49,565 nucleotides of DNA. Origin: Minisyncoccota bacterium. GTDB taxonomy: Bacteria; Patescibacteriota; Minisyncoccia; Phycocordibacterales; UBA9973. Both the position numbers and the translations under genes were made by a program. Below are positions 1 through 8,443 of this stretch, piece by piece. Within the stretch, counting starts at the first letter, position 1. Every line of letters begins with the position of its first letter. Under the pieces are notes generated by a model that was not told the origin of the DNA, did no database searches, and saw only the letters and a program-made list of their open reading frames with translations. The stretch is from contig JAYVGX010000032.1 in the NCBI GenBank assembly GCA_043771685.1, forward strand, positions 1 to 49,565, written 5' to 3'.

Positions 1-1
1 G

Positions 2-103
2 AAAGGTATCGAGCCTGATTTTATAGTTCCATTTACAATAGAAGACCTTAAAAATAAAAAAGATCCTGCATTAGAAAAAGCAATCAAATTATTAAAAAAT
101 TAA
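2..103 (+). CDS. 3' end of a gene cut by the window edge; tail resembles a C-terminal processing (S41) peptidase
   Basis: Frame 2 reads KGIEPDFIVPFTIEDLKNKKDPALEKAIKLLKN, then TAA at 101-103. Only 33 aa are visible. Confidence 0.3.
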   Translation, partial: KGIEPDFIVPFTIEDLKNKKDPALEKAIKLLKN

Positions 104-112
104 TGAAAATTT

Positions 113-550
113 ATGAAAGTTATTTTACTAAAAGACATACCGAAAATAGGGAATAAGGATGACGTCAAAGATTTCAAAGAAGGCTATGCTCAAAATGTTC
201 TATTGTCAAAAGGATTAGCTATTATCGCTACTCCTCACAACCTGTTGTTACTTAATACTCGTAAAGAAAAAATCACCAAACAGAAAGAAGAAGAGCAGAA
301 AGATTTTACTAACTTTCTAGAATCTATAAACAATACTTTTACAATAAAAGTATTGGCAAATGAAAAAAATCATTTATTTAAAGCAATAAATAAAAAAGAC
401 ATCGTAGAAGCTATTTCTAAAGAAATATCTAGTATTCATTTAAATGAAGAGAGTATTGAAATGGATCCAATAAAAGAGATAGGATCACATCAGATCAAGA
501 TCAAAAAATGGAATAGTCAAAAAGTTATAAACATAAACGTAATAAAATAA
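113..550 (+). CDS. rplI: 50S ribosomal protein L9
   Basis: N-terminus MKVILLKDIPKIGNKDDVKDFKEGYAQNVLLSKGLA is a typical L9 N-domain. Length is 145 aa. Confidence 0.9.
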   Translation: MKVILLKDIPKIGNKDDVKDFKEGYAQNVLLSKGLAIIATPHNLLLLNTRKEKITKQKEEEQKDFTNFLESINNTFTIKVLANEKNHLFKAINKKDIVEAISKEISSIHLNEESIEMDPIKEIGSHQIKIKKWNSQKVININVIK

Positions 551-569
551 AACCCCTCAACGGGGTTTT
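549..569. terminator. Bidirectional intrinsic terminator hairpin between rplI and rpmA
   Basis: AAAACCCC-tcaac-GGGGTTTT, flanked by A/T runs and lying between convergent genes. Confidence 0.6.
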
Positions 570-572
570 ATT

Positions 573-845
573 TTATATAACGTTTACAACTTTTTTAACA
601 GATGTAGTGTTATTGAATTTCATCTGTCTTTTTGAAGAAAAAGAAACTGTCCCAGGTTTTAAAGCAAATAAGGTATGATCTTTACCTACTGCAACATTTA
701 AACCAGGCAAGATCTTTGTACCGCGTTGACGGATAATGATAGATCCTGCTTTTGCTTGTTCACCAGCATAAAGTTTAGTACCTAGATACTTTGGATTTGA
801 GTCTTTTAAGTTTTTTGCCGAACCTCCAGCCTTCCTATGTGCCAT
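573..845 (-). CDS. rpmA: 50S ribosomal protein L27
   Basis: [44 protein letters not shown] matches the conserved L27 N-terminus. Confidence 0.95.
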   Translation of the reverse strand: MAHRKAGGSAKNLKDSNPKYLGTKLYAGEQAKAGSIIIRQRGTKILPGLNVAVGKDHTLFALKPGTVSFSSKRQMKFNNTTSVKKVVNVI

Positions 846-886
846 ATGTAATTGCGGTATTGACGCTTATTATTTATAATATACAT

Positions 887-1288
887 ATGAGTATACATAA
901 TATAACTGAAAAAATCAAGTCCCTCAGACGTGGATTACATGAATCCACTATAACTGTAGTAGTTATAGTGCTAGTTTCTCTCGGTTCTTTCTTTTTAGGT
1001 AGATTTTCAAACAGTAAAAACATTGACGAAAACAAAGTTCTTTCAGATAATAAAATTATTGATTCAAAAACAAATGTTGAAAATAGTGATGAGATTATCG
1101 AGTATACAAAAAAAGTACCTCAAGTAAACAAAGAAGAAGGGAAGTATTTAGCTTCAAAAAATGGTAAGATGTATTATCCAGTGAGTTGCAAGAGCGCTTC
1201 GAGGATAAAAGAAAAAAATCGAGTTTATTTTATAAATGAAAACGATGCTAAATATCTCGGCTATAGAAAAGCTGAGAATTGTAAATAA
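887..1288 (+). CDS. Membrane-anchored hypothetical protein with a C-terminal Cys-containing motif (YYPVSCKSASRIKEKNRVYFINENDAKYLGYRKAENC)
   Basis: The ORF-track start at 791 is a TTG overlapping rpmA. ATG at 887 gives one TM helix (ITVVVIVLVSLGSFFLG). The C-terminal YxxxxC...N...F.....A...GY...C pattern recalls small metal-binding (Ada-like/sunset-type) tails. Confidence 0.5.
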   Translation: MSIHNITEKIKSLRRGLHESTITVVVIVLVSLGSFFLGRFSNSKNIDENKVLSDNKIIDSKTNVENSDEIIEYTKKVPQVNKEEGKYLASKNGKMYYPVSCKSASRIKEKNRVYFINENDAKYLGYRKAENCK

Positions 1289-2194
1289 ATGAAAACTTTA
1301 ATTAAAATTATAATAATCTTTATACTTGTATTTTTAATATACACTATACGTGATGATGTAAGTCTTGTTCTGAATAAATATATCGCTGGTTCACAGCAAG
1401 AAAAAAAAAGCTTTAACATTGGAATAAAAGAGTTACCACCGATAACAAAAATAAATACAGATACTCAAAATCAGATAAACACAGGGCTAGTACAAAATAT
1501 AAAAAACTTAACAGATAAAAATAAGAAATTATCCATCGAGGGTGTTTTACTTTATACAAACAAAAATAGAATAGATAATAAAATTCCTAATGAGTTAGTG
1601 TTAAATAAAAAGTTGAATAATTCTGCCGCGATCAAACTACAAGATATGTTTACTAATGAATATTTCGAACATGTATCACCAAAAGGTGTCTCAGTAGGAG
1701 ATTTAGCTCAAAACGTAAATTACAACTATATCACAATTGGTGAGAATCTAGCCTTAGGTAACTTCAAAGATGATCAAACTTTAGTTGATGCATGGATGGC
1801 AAGCCCAGGTCACCGTGCAAATATTTTAAGTAATAAATATACAGAGATTGGTATCGCTACTGGTTATGGTAGCTATAAAGGACAGAATACATGGCTTGCT
1901 GTACAGCATTTTGGAACTCCAAAAGAAATATGTCCAGAGATAGACAACATTTTGTCTCAAACTATTAAAATCGAGCAAGAAATGTTAAACAAGACAGCTA
2001 CAGAATTACAGAAACGCCTCGAAATGATCAACAGTGGGGCATTGTATCAAGGTCTAACTACTAATGAACAAATAGCCGTATATAACAATATGGTCAATTC
2101 TCATAATAAAAATATCGCCGATATTAAAGCAAAAATTTTAAATTATAATGCACAAGTAAAAAACTTCAATAATTGTTTACAGAATCATGTTTAA
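1289..2194 (+). CDS. Secreted/membrane-anchored CAP (SCP/PR-1, YkwD-like) domain protein
   Basis: N-terminal TM/signal helix. Shows GENLA...VDAWMASPGHRANIL...YTEIGIA...WLAVQHFG, the CAP-domain signature. Confidence 0.8.
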   Translation: MKTLIKIIIIFILVFLIYTIRDDVSLVLNKYIAGSQQEKKSFNIGIKELPPITKINTDTQNQINTGLVQNIKNLTDKNKKLSIEGVLLYTNKNRIDNKIPNELVLNKKLNNSAAIKLQDMFTNEYFEHVSPKGVSVGDLAQNVNYNYITIGENLALGNFKDDQTLVDAWMASPGHRANILSNKYTEIGIATGYGSYKGQNTWLAVQHFGTPKEICPEIDNILSQTIKIEQEMLNKTATELQKRLEMINSGALYQGLTTNEQIAVYNNMVNSHNKNIADIKAKILNYNAQVKNFNNCLQNHV

Positions 2195-2447
2195 TTTGAC
2201 CATACTAATATCTCTTATCTAATGTTAGGGTATATAGCAATACTCTTGTATTTGTCTATATATCTTAAATAGTATCGTGTCGCACAATAAGCCTTCACCG
2301 CCTGCGTAGGGTTTGTAATAGGGAAGTTGCCAACAGATCAATTCATGATCCTTGCTATTGCCGCGTCTTCGTTTTACTTCTCGAATAAGGGCGATTCGTC
2401 ACAGCCATTTGCAGGGAAGTAAATGGGTTTTCCACAAAGATTAACGC

Positions 2448-2476
2448 TTGCCTTATATACGACTATGTGATACTAT
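2448..2476 (+). promoter_or_regulatory. Sigma70-like promoter upstream of fic (TTGCCT-17-TACTAT with TG extended -10)
   Basis: -35 TTGCCT at 2448-2453, 17-nt spacer, TGa then TACTAT at 2471-2476. ATG is at 2502. Confidence 0.4.
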
Positions 2477-2501
2477 CTAATATATAAAATATATCACATA
2501 T

Positions 2502-3566
2502 ATGAACGATTACACAGACAAATTCAACAAGCGAATTAGCACACCAGAGCCACATATTGTGGCTATTTTGGCTGAAATAGACGGTATAAGAGGTGAATTT
2601 AAATCTGGACTACGCATGACTCCACAGGCCATAACGAGCCTTAAAAAGTCAGTCCTGATAACATCTGCCGGAGCTTCAACTCGTATCGAGGGTTCAAAAC
2701 TTTCTGATGAAGAGGTCAAGAAAATCCTCAGCAATTTGTCTATCTCAAAATTCTCAGATCGAGATTCTCAAGAAGTGCAGGGTTACCTTGAGACATTACA
2801 AAATGTGTTTGATAGTTATCAAACACTACCACTTCGTGAAGGTGTAATCACATCACTCCACAACGAACTAATGAAGTATTCAGATAAAGACAAACTACAC
2901 AAAGGAAGTTACAAAAAACAAGAAAATCTCGTCGGTGTTGCCAATGAAAAAGGTGAAGTCACACAGGTAATATTTGAGACTACTCTTTCATGGCAGACAC
3001 CAAAAGAAATGACAGAAATTGTCGAGTATTCATTTGATGAACTTGAAAAGAATCATTTTCATCCATTACTTGTGATTGCAAATTTTCTCGTAGAATTTCT
3101 GAAAATCCATCCATTTCAAGACGGTAATGGCCGTATGTCACGAGTACTTACCAACATGCTTTTACTTCGATCTGGGTATCAGTTTGTAGAATATGTATCA
3201 CATGAGCAAATCATCGAACAACGAAAAGATGAATACTATTACGCACTTCGCAAATCTCAAGAATCATTCAAAACAGAAAATGACACCATTTCACCTTGGC
3301 TCAACTATTTTCTATCAGTAGTTAGAGAACAGGCAACCAAAGCGCTTGTGTATTTGCAGGAAGAAAAGTTCGAGGATACATTATCACCAAAGCAACTAGA
3401 AGTATGGAAGTACCTCGTTATTAATAATGAAGCAAGTCCCACACAGATATCAAAAGATACTGGCATTATTATTGCAACAGTGCGACAAGCATTACTTCGA
3501 CTAATGGAACTCGAAAAGATCAAGCGAGTCGGTCGTGGTCCGCAGACTAGATATGTTAAAATTTAA
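2502..3566 (+). CDS. fic: Fic family protein (AMPylase/NMP-transferase type) with N-terminal inhibitory motif and C-terminal winged-helix-like tail
   Basis: HPFQDGNGRMSR matches HxFx(D/E)GNGRxxR. STRIEG near the N-terminus matches the (S/T)xxxE(G/N) auto-inhibition motif. C-terminal ...ISKDTGIIIATVRQALLRLMELEKIKRVGRG resembles wHTH. Confidence 0.9.
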   Translation: MNDYTDKFNKRISTPEPHIVAILAEIDGIRGEFKSGLRMTPQAITSLKKSVLITSAGASTRIEGSKLSDEEVKKILSNLSISKFSDRDSQEVQGYLETLQNVFDSYQTLPLREGVITSLHNELMKYSDKDKLHKGSYKKQENLVGVANEKGEVTQVIFETTLSWQTPKEMTEIVEYSFDELEKNHFHPLLVIANFLVEFLKIHPFQDGNGRMSRVLTNMLLLRSGYQFVEYVSHEQIIEQRKDEYYYALRKSQESFKTENDTISPWLNYFLSVVREQATKALVYLQEEKFEDTLSPKQLEVWKYLVINNEASPTQISKDTGIIIATVRQALLRLMELEKIKRVGRGPQTRYVKI

Positions 3567-3571
3567 AAGAT

Positions 3572-4144
3572 ATGCAAAACTCTAACCAAAACAAAAAAGT
3601 ATTTTTCATCCACGGATTCGAAGGTAGTCCAAACGGTGCGTGGCGACCATGGATGATGGGGGAGCTCGATAAGCATGATATTTACGCATGCGCATTGTCT
3701 ATGCCGAATCCAAAAACTCCTGAGGTATCAGAATGGATCAATGAAGTAAAGCGTCATGTTGACAGTAATCAACATGACAAGGTATACCTTGTCGGCCATT
3801 CTCTCGGCGGTACTGCTATTTTACGATATCTTGAAACATATCAAGGTAAAAATATTGATGGCGTGGTTATCATTTCTGCACCATGTCACAAAAATAAAAA
3901 CCAAAAAATTGATACATTTTTGGATACAGATTTCAATTGGAATATTATGAAAAACAAAATTCCAAAAATTGCAGTAATACATGGCGATAATGATCCATAT
4001 GTATCAATGTCAGATGCAGAAGAAACAGCAAAAGAACTTGGTGGCAAATTGATCGTCATACCAAATGGCAAACACCTTAATGGTTCGGCAGGGTTTGTAA
4101 GATTACCAGAATGTCTCGATGTCTTACTTGAGATGACAAAATAA
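3572..4144 (+). CDS. Small alpha/beta-fold serine hydrolase (YdeN/RBBP9-like)
   Basis: VFFIHGFEGSP, nucleophile elbow GHSLGG, and HGDNDPYV near the C-terminus. Length is 190 aa. Confidence 0.75.
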   Translation: MQNSNQNKKVFFIHGFEGSPNGAWRPWMMGELDKHDIYACALSMPNPKTPEVSEWINEVKRHVDSNQHDKVYLVGHSLGGTAILRYLETYQGKNIDGVVIISAPCHKNKNQKIDTFLDTDFNWNIMKNKIPKIAVIHGDNDPYVSMSDAEETAKELGGKLIVIPNGKHLNGSAGFVRLPECLDVLLEMTK

Positions 4145-4148
4145 TTAT

Positions 4149-4649
4149 ATGGCAATATACGATGCTACAACAAAAGATAATAAATGCATTTTCTGCGAGA
4201 TAGTCGCTGGGCATTTTGAAACACCCGGGATTTTCTGGCAAGATGATGAATTTATGGCATTTCTTTCTATTGATCCAAATTCCGAGGGATTTACTTGTGT
4301 AGTTCCAAAAGAACACTATGGAAGTGATGTGTTAAAGATGCCAAACGATGTATTACAAAGATTTATTATTGCTTCAAAACATGTAGCAAGTATCCTTGAA
4401 AAATACTATTCAGATGTAGGGAGGGTTGGTGTGCTGATAGAAGGGACTGGAATTGATCATGCACATATCAAACTTGTTCCAATGCACGGAACTGAAAATC
4501 TAAAGAAAGGTATTTGGCAACAATTTCTTTCTGGTAAAGAGTTTTGGTTCGACAAATATGAGGGGTGGATTTGCTCTGGTGGCGGTCCAAAAGCTGATCC
4601 TGAGAAACTCAAATTATTAGCACAAAATTTAATTGAATCCCAAAAATAA
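4149..4649 (+). CDS. HIT (histidine triad) family nucleotide hydrolase/transferase with a variant triad
   Basis: N-terminal CIFCEIVAG, and the triad region GIDHAHIKLVPMH (H-x-H-x-K rather than H-x-H-x-H). Confidence 0.75.
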   Translation: MAIYDATTKDNKCIFCEIVAGHFETPGIFWQDDEFMAFLSIDPNSEGFTCVVPKEHYGSDVLKMPNDVLQRFIIASKHVASILEKYYSDVGRVGVLIEGTGIDHAHIKLVPMHGTENLKKGIWQQFLSGKEFWFDKYEGWICSGGGPKADPEKLKLLAQNLIESQK

Positions 4650-4653
4650 CTTT

Positions 4654-5241
4654 ATGAATATCTCCAGACCAAAATCAAAACAACCAATTCCAGAAAACGC
4701 AGTATGTGTTTTCAAGGGTAAGATGTTTGACACATACCAATGGGAACAACCAATGTACGATGGTTCAACCAAAACTTTTGAGAAACTCAAGCGACCAGAT
4801 ACAGTTGTGGTATTTCCTGTGCTTGATGATGGAAGTATTATGCTCACAGAACAAGAACAACCGGGCAAAGAACCATTTATCGGTGCTTGTGGGGGTCGTG
4901 TCGAAGAGGGTGAAGATATTTTGGAATCAGCAAAGCGAGAGTTCCTCGAAGAGACTGGTTATGAAGCATCAGAATATGTACTCTGAAAATCAGAACACCC
5001 TGCATCGAAAATTGATTGGGTTGTGTACTTCTTCATCGCCAAAGGTTGCAAGAAAGTCGCCGACCAAGCACTTGATGGTGGAGAGAAAATCGAATTGAAG
5101 AAAGTCACTTTTGATGAACTTCTTCAAATTGGTCGTGACAAAACATTTATGGAAAAAGAAATCACTCCAGACCTTTACGAAGCATTACTCGACCCTGCAA
5201 AATATGCAGAACTCAAGCAATTATTTGCACCACTACAATAA
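4654..5241 (+). pseudogene. Nudix hydrolase (ADP-ribose pyrophosphatase-like) interrupted by one in-frame TGA at 4984-4986
   Basis: Nudix box GGRVEEGEDILESAKREFLEETGY. ORFs 4633..4986 and 5023..5241 share a frame, and the read-through gives ...EYVL*KSEHPASKIDWVVYFFIAKG.... ATG at 4654 follows the HIT stop. Confidence 0.75.
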
Positions 5242-5242
5242 T

Positions 5243-5641
5243 ATGAAAACTATACTTGTCGATGCGGTGAATACATCAATCATAAAAGATGAAATTAGAA
5301 ACTTTGTGCAGAATAAAGCAATGTTTGATTTGCTTGAAACATACCCAAATCCAAAACTTATTTTGACCAATGCAAATGACGAACAGATGATTCAGTTTGG
5401 ACTGAACACTGTGCCATATCCAGTATTCACCATGAAGCATAATCCAGACAAACCAGACCCAATCTATTTCAAAACACTTCTCAAACAACATAATTTTGAG
5501 ACAAAAGATGTTGTGTATTTTGAACACAATCCGGATGCAGTAGCTTCAGGACAATCAGTCGGCATTACTTCATATCATTACGACAAGGACGAAAAAGGTC
5601 TGATTGCTTTGAGAGAGTTTTTAGATTTAAATATTAAATAA
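5243..5641 (+). CDS. Small HAD-like hydrolase-fold protein
   Basis: ATG at 5243 is 1 nt after the Nudix stop. MKTILVDAVNT..., LILTNAND, and VVYFEHNPDAVASGQSVGI resemble HAD motifs I/II/IV. The ORF-track start at 5111 overlaps the Nudix gene. Confidence 0.5.
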   Translation: MKTILVDAVNTSIIKDEIRNFVQNKAMFDLLETYPNPKLILTNANDEQMIQFGLNTVPYPVFTMKHNPDKPDPIYFKTLLKQHNFETKDVVYFEHNPDAVASGQSVGITSYHYDKDEKGLIALREFLDLNIK

Positions 5642-5642
5642 T

Positions 5643-5969
5643 ATGCAATCACAAAACGTAAAATTTGTAGTATTTGTACCACTATCACACACAGACATTG
5701 TGCGTGAGGCTCTTGGTAGTGCTGGAGCTGGAAAGATTGGTAACTATGACTTTTGCTCATTCTCTGCTCTAGGTACTGGTCGCTATTGTGGTAATGCAAA
5801 CTCAAATCCTACTATTGGTGAAACACTTAAATATGAATCAGTAGAGGAAGAGAAAATTGAAGTGATCATACCTAGAGAAATTCTCAAAGAAGTGATTGAA
5901 AAAGTAAAATTAGTACATCCATACGAAGAGGTCGCATTTGATATTTACCCACTAGAAGATTATGAATAG
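5643..5969 (+). CDS. Stand-alone PII-like domain protein (NIF3/YqfO insert-domain family, COG3323-like)
   Basis: VKFVVFVPLSHTDIVREALGSAGAGKIGNYDFCSF...G.GRY...NP.IGE...EEKIEV and HPYEEVAFDIYPLE are as remembered for this family. Confidence 0.55.
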   Translation: MQSQNVKFVVFVPLSHTDIVREALGSAGAGKIGNYDFCSFSALGTGRYCGNANSNPTIGETLKYESVEEEKIEVIIPREILKEVIEKVKLVHPYEEVAFDIYPLEDYE

Positions 5970-6585
5970 TATGAAAATCAAAGCAATAATATTCGACCTC
6001 TGGGAAACACTCGGTACTAAAAATGTCGGCATTTCAGAATCTCTGCGTGCCAAATTTGAAATAGAAAAAACTCCTGACTTTATGCATCTTTATGAACATG
6101 CAGTGCAATTGAAAAAGTGGAATACTGAAGATGAAATGGCGGAAAACTTTTTGAAAGATTTTAAACTTGAAAATACTGAAATAAATCGAATGTGGATTAT
6201 TGAGTTGTTTCGAGAGGGGATAGATAAGGCGACATTATTTCCGGGCATACTTGAATTACTTCAAGATTTAAAGAATAAGGGATACAAGCTCGGATTCATT
6301 TCAAACACCACAGTATTTGAATCAGTGGTTCTTGATAAATGGAATGTTAAAGAATTACTTGATGTGATTTCTTTTTCATGGGAAGTTGGTTCTAAAAAAC
6401 CAACAAAGGAAATCTTTGATATTACTCTTGAAAAATTAGGTGTAGCACCCGAAGAAGCTGTTTTTATAGATGATGGACAGAAAAATATTGATGCGGCTCA
6501 AAGTTTTGGTATGCATGGAATTAGATTTGAATCAGTAGATCAACTTGTCGCTGATTTACATAAACTAAATATTTATGAAATCTAA
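5962..6585 (+). CDS. HAD-IA family hydrolase
   Basis: IIFDLWETLG (motif I variant), ISNTT (motif II), KKP, and FIDDGQKNIDAA (motif IV). An alternative start is ATG 5971. Confidence 0.8.
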   Translation: MNSMKIKAIIFDLWETLGTKNVGISESLRAKFEIEKTPDFMHLYEHAVQLKKWNTEDEMAENFLKDFKLENTEINRMWIIELFREGIDKATLFPGILELLQDLKNKGYKLGFISNTTVFESVVLDKWNVKELLDVISFSWEVGSKKPTKEIFDITLEKLGVAPEEAVFIDDGQKNIDAAQSFGMHGIRFESVDQLVADLHKLNIYEI

Positions 6586-7243
6586 CCCATGGCACATTCA
6601 AATACAAGCTGACACTTTGCTCTACTGGTATAGCAAACTCACAGGCACGAAAGGCAATGCCAAGGCTGCGGCTTTTTATCCTATACTTTTTACTACTAGT
6701 AAAATCCACCCCAAGATGCGTCCATATTTCATTAATCATGAAATCATTCATTTCACACAACAGAGGGAACTATGGATCTTGGGCGCATGGGCATACATGC
6801 TCTACGAATGGCTGTACTTGCGTCTCGTGAAAGGGAGATCTGCGTGGGATACATACCTGCTCCGCTCGACTGAGCAGGAAGCATACGACAATATGTTTGA
6901 TTTAGAATACCTCGGAAAACGAGAGAAATTTGCCTACAAAAAGTACTGGTCAAACAAGCCTGTAGTCTGGAAAGATTATCTCAAGAAAATGCTCCAGATC
7001 GAAGAATTCCCAATCGTCTACGAACACACCGATGCACCGGGGACGATCTATCCCGAGCATTTCCATAAAGGCAAAGTCTCATTCTTCGTCACCTACGGAT
7101 CAGTGACATTTTCTGGTGGTATCAAAAAGACTATCAAAACAGGTGAGCGATTCGACGTCCCAGTCGGTGTACACCACAGTGCCCTCGTTGGTCCCGATGG
7201 CTGCGACTATATCGTAGGTCAGGAGATAGAAAGGGATGCGTAA
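6575..7243 (+). CDS. Fusion protein: N-terminal HExxHxxQQ zincin-like domain (DUF4157-like) plus C-terminal cupin
   Basis: NHEIIHFTQQRE at about aa 64-75. The C-terminal YPEHFHKGKVSFFVTYGSVTFSGG...GERFDVPVGVHHSA is a cupin barrel pattern. Confidence 0.55.
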   Translation: MKSNPWHIQIQADTLLYWYSKLTGTKGNAKAAAFYPILFTTSKIHPKMRPYFINHEIIHFTQQRELWILGAWAYMLYEWLYLRLVKGRSAWDTYLLRSTEQEAYDNMFDLEYLGKREKFAYKKYWSNKPVVWKDYLKKMLQIEEFPIVYEHTDAPGTIYPEHFHKGKVSFFVTYGSVTFSGGIKKTIKTGERFDVPVGVHHSALVGPDGCDYIVGQEIERDA

Positions 7244-7252
7244 ATAAATTAT

Positions 7253-8440
7253 ATGTTAAAAAATACTTCACAAACAAAGAGACTTTACATAATTGCATTC
7301 TTGCGAGGACTGTATTTCTACCTTCCGATTTTTACTCTTTTCTTTACCGACAAAGGTGTCTCACTAGCAAGCGTTATCATTGCACAAACTTGTTATTCGA
7401 TTTTTTCTTTTCTTGGCGAAATACCAACAGGAGTATTTGCCGACAAGTTTGGTCAAAAGAAATCAGTCATCATTGGATATATCATTGAAATTGCAGGTAT
7501 TATCGGATTACTATTTTCACCAACTGCAATTGGTCTTTTCATATCGTACTCAATTCGTGGTTTCGGTAGTTCATTTATCTCTGGTGCAGATGACGCTTGG
7601 ACGTATGAAATTGCAAAGAATGAAGGGCAAGATTACAAGAAGGTGTCTGCTCGTATACAAACAATCGATCTGATCGGTGGTGCTTTATCTGCAGGTATTG
7701 CAGGTATTGTGGTTCAACTCTATGGTTCTGCGACATATACTTGGTTGATCATAGCAACAGCGGTTGCAATAGGGCTATCACTCGTTATATCCGCAACTTT
7801 GCGGGATTATATAGATGAAATACACGAGGAGCGACCAAAAATATGGAGTGGTATTATTTTGCCAACCATACAAATCCTCAAAAAGAATGTTGTGGTGCGA
7901 GCATTGCTTATTGTGCTTATTTTATCTCTCAACGGAGAGTACTTCTTGCAAAGCATTTACCAACCAATTTTTGTTGATAGAGCAGTACTACCAATATGGC
8001 TTGGGTTTGGTATGGCTATCGGAACACTGTTCAATGCAGTGATGACACAAAGTTGGGTACGACTTCATAAAACATATAAGTTCTCAACCCTACAATCTGC
8101 CTGTACTATTATCCTTGGTATTCTATTCGTTATATTTGCGAGTATATCAAATCCGATTATTACAATTGCATCGTACATAGCGATGATGGGACTATTCAAC
8201 ACGACACAACCGCTTATTTCTCAATATATTCACAAGGAGATTGAATCAAAAATACGAAGTACTGTCGGCTCGGCTATCTCGTTCGTCCGTACAGGGTTTC
8301 AGATAATGATGAGATTGTTGCTTGGTGCACTGGTTGGAGTATTCTCGCCACTCATAGCGATTGGATTTTTTGGAGTATATCTCGTCATTGGTGGATTTGT
8401 CGGCAAGAAAGTGTTGAAAGATTGTGGGTGTACAGATTAA
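7253..8440 (+). CDS. MFS transporter
   Basis: About 12 predicted hydrophobic helices and a GVFADKFGQKK loop (MFS motif A-like). Length is 395 aa. Confidence 0.8.
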   Translation: MLKNTSQTKRLYIIAFLRGLYFYLPIFTLFFTDKGVSLASVIIAQTCYSIFSFLGEIPTGVFADKFGQKKSVIIGYIIEIAGIIGLLFSPTAIGLFISYSIRGFGSSFISGADDAWTYEIAKNEGQDYKKVSARIQTIDLIGGALSAGIAGIVVQLYGSATYTWLIIATAVAIGLSLVISATLRDYIDEIHEERPKIWSGIILPTIQILKKNVVVRALLIVLILSLNGEYFLQSIYQPIFVDRAVLPIWLGFGMAIGTLFNAVMTQSWVRLHKTYKFSTLQSACTIILGILFVIFASISNPIITIASYIAMMGLFNTTQPLISQYIHKEIESKIRSTVGSAISFVRTGFQIMMRLLLGALVGVFSPLIAIGFFGVYLVIGGFVGKKVLKDCGCTD

Positions 8441-8443
8441 TGT

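Noticed and set aside
2290-2441. tmRNA, RNase P RNA, SRP RNA or a tRNA fragment as the integration target at the left island end.
   Set aside because: No T-arm/acceptor mimic, no GAGGAAAGUCC-type RNase P core and no SRP domain IV motifs could be recognised on either strand.
2442-2451. TAACGCTTGC, shared with 13682-13691, as a second (nested) att repeat.
   Set aside because: Both copies contain the -35 hexamer of a predicted promoter (TTGCCT / TTGCTA). The match is short (10 nt) and is better explained as related promoters than as recombination cores.
4984-4986. Genome-wide TGA reassignment (code 4 or 25).
   Set aside because: All long housekeeping ORFs (dnaK, atpA/D, alaS, rpoA and others) are intact under the standard code with no internal TGA, and TGA ends the 42-aa ORF at 40198. 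Only this one site is anomalous.
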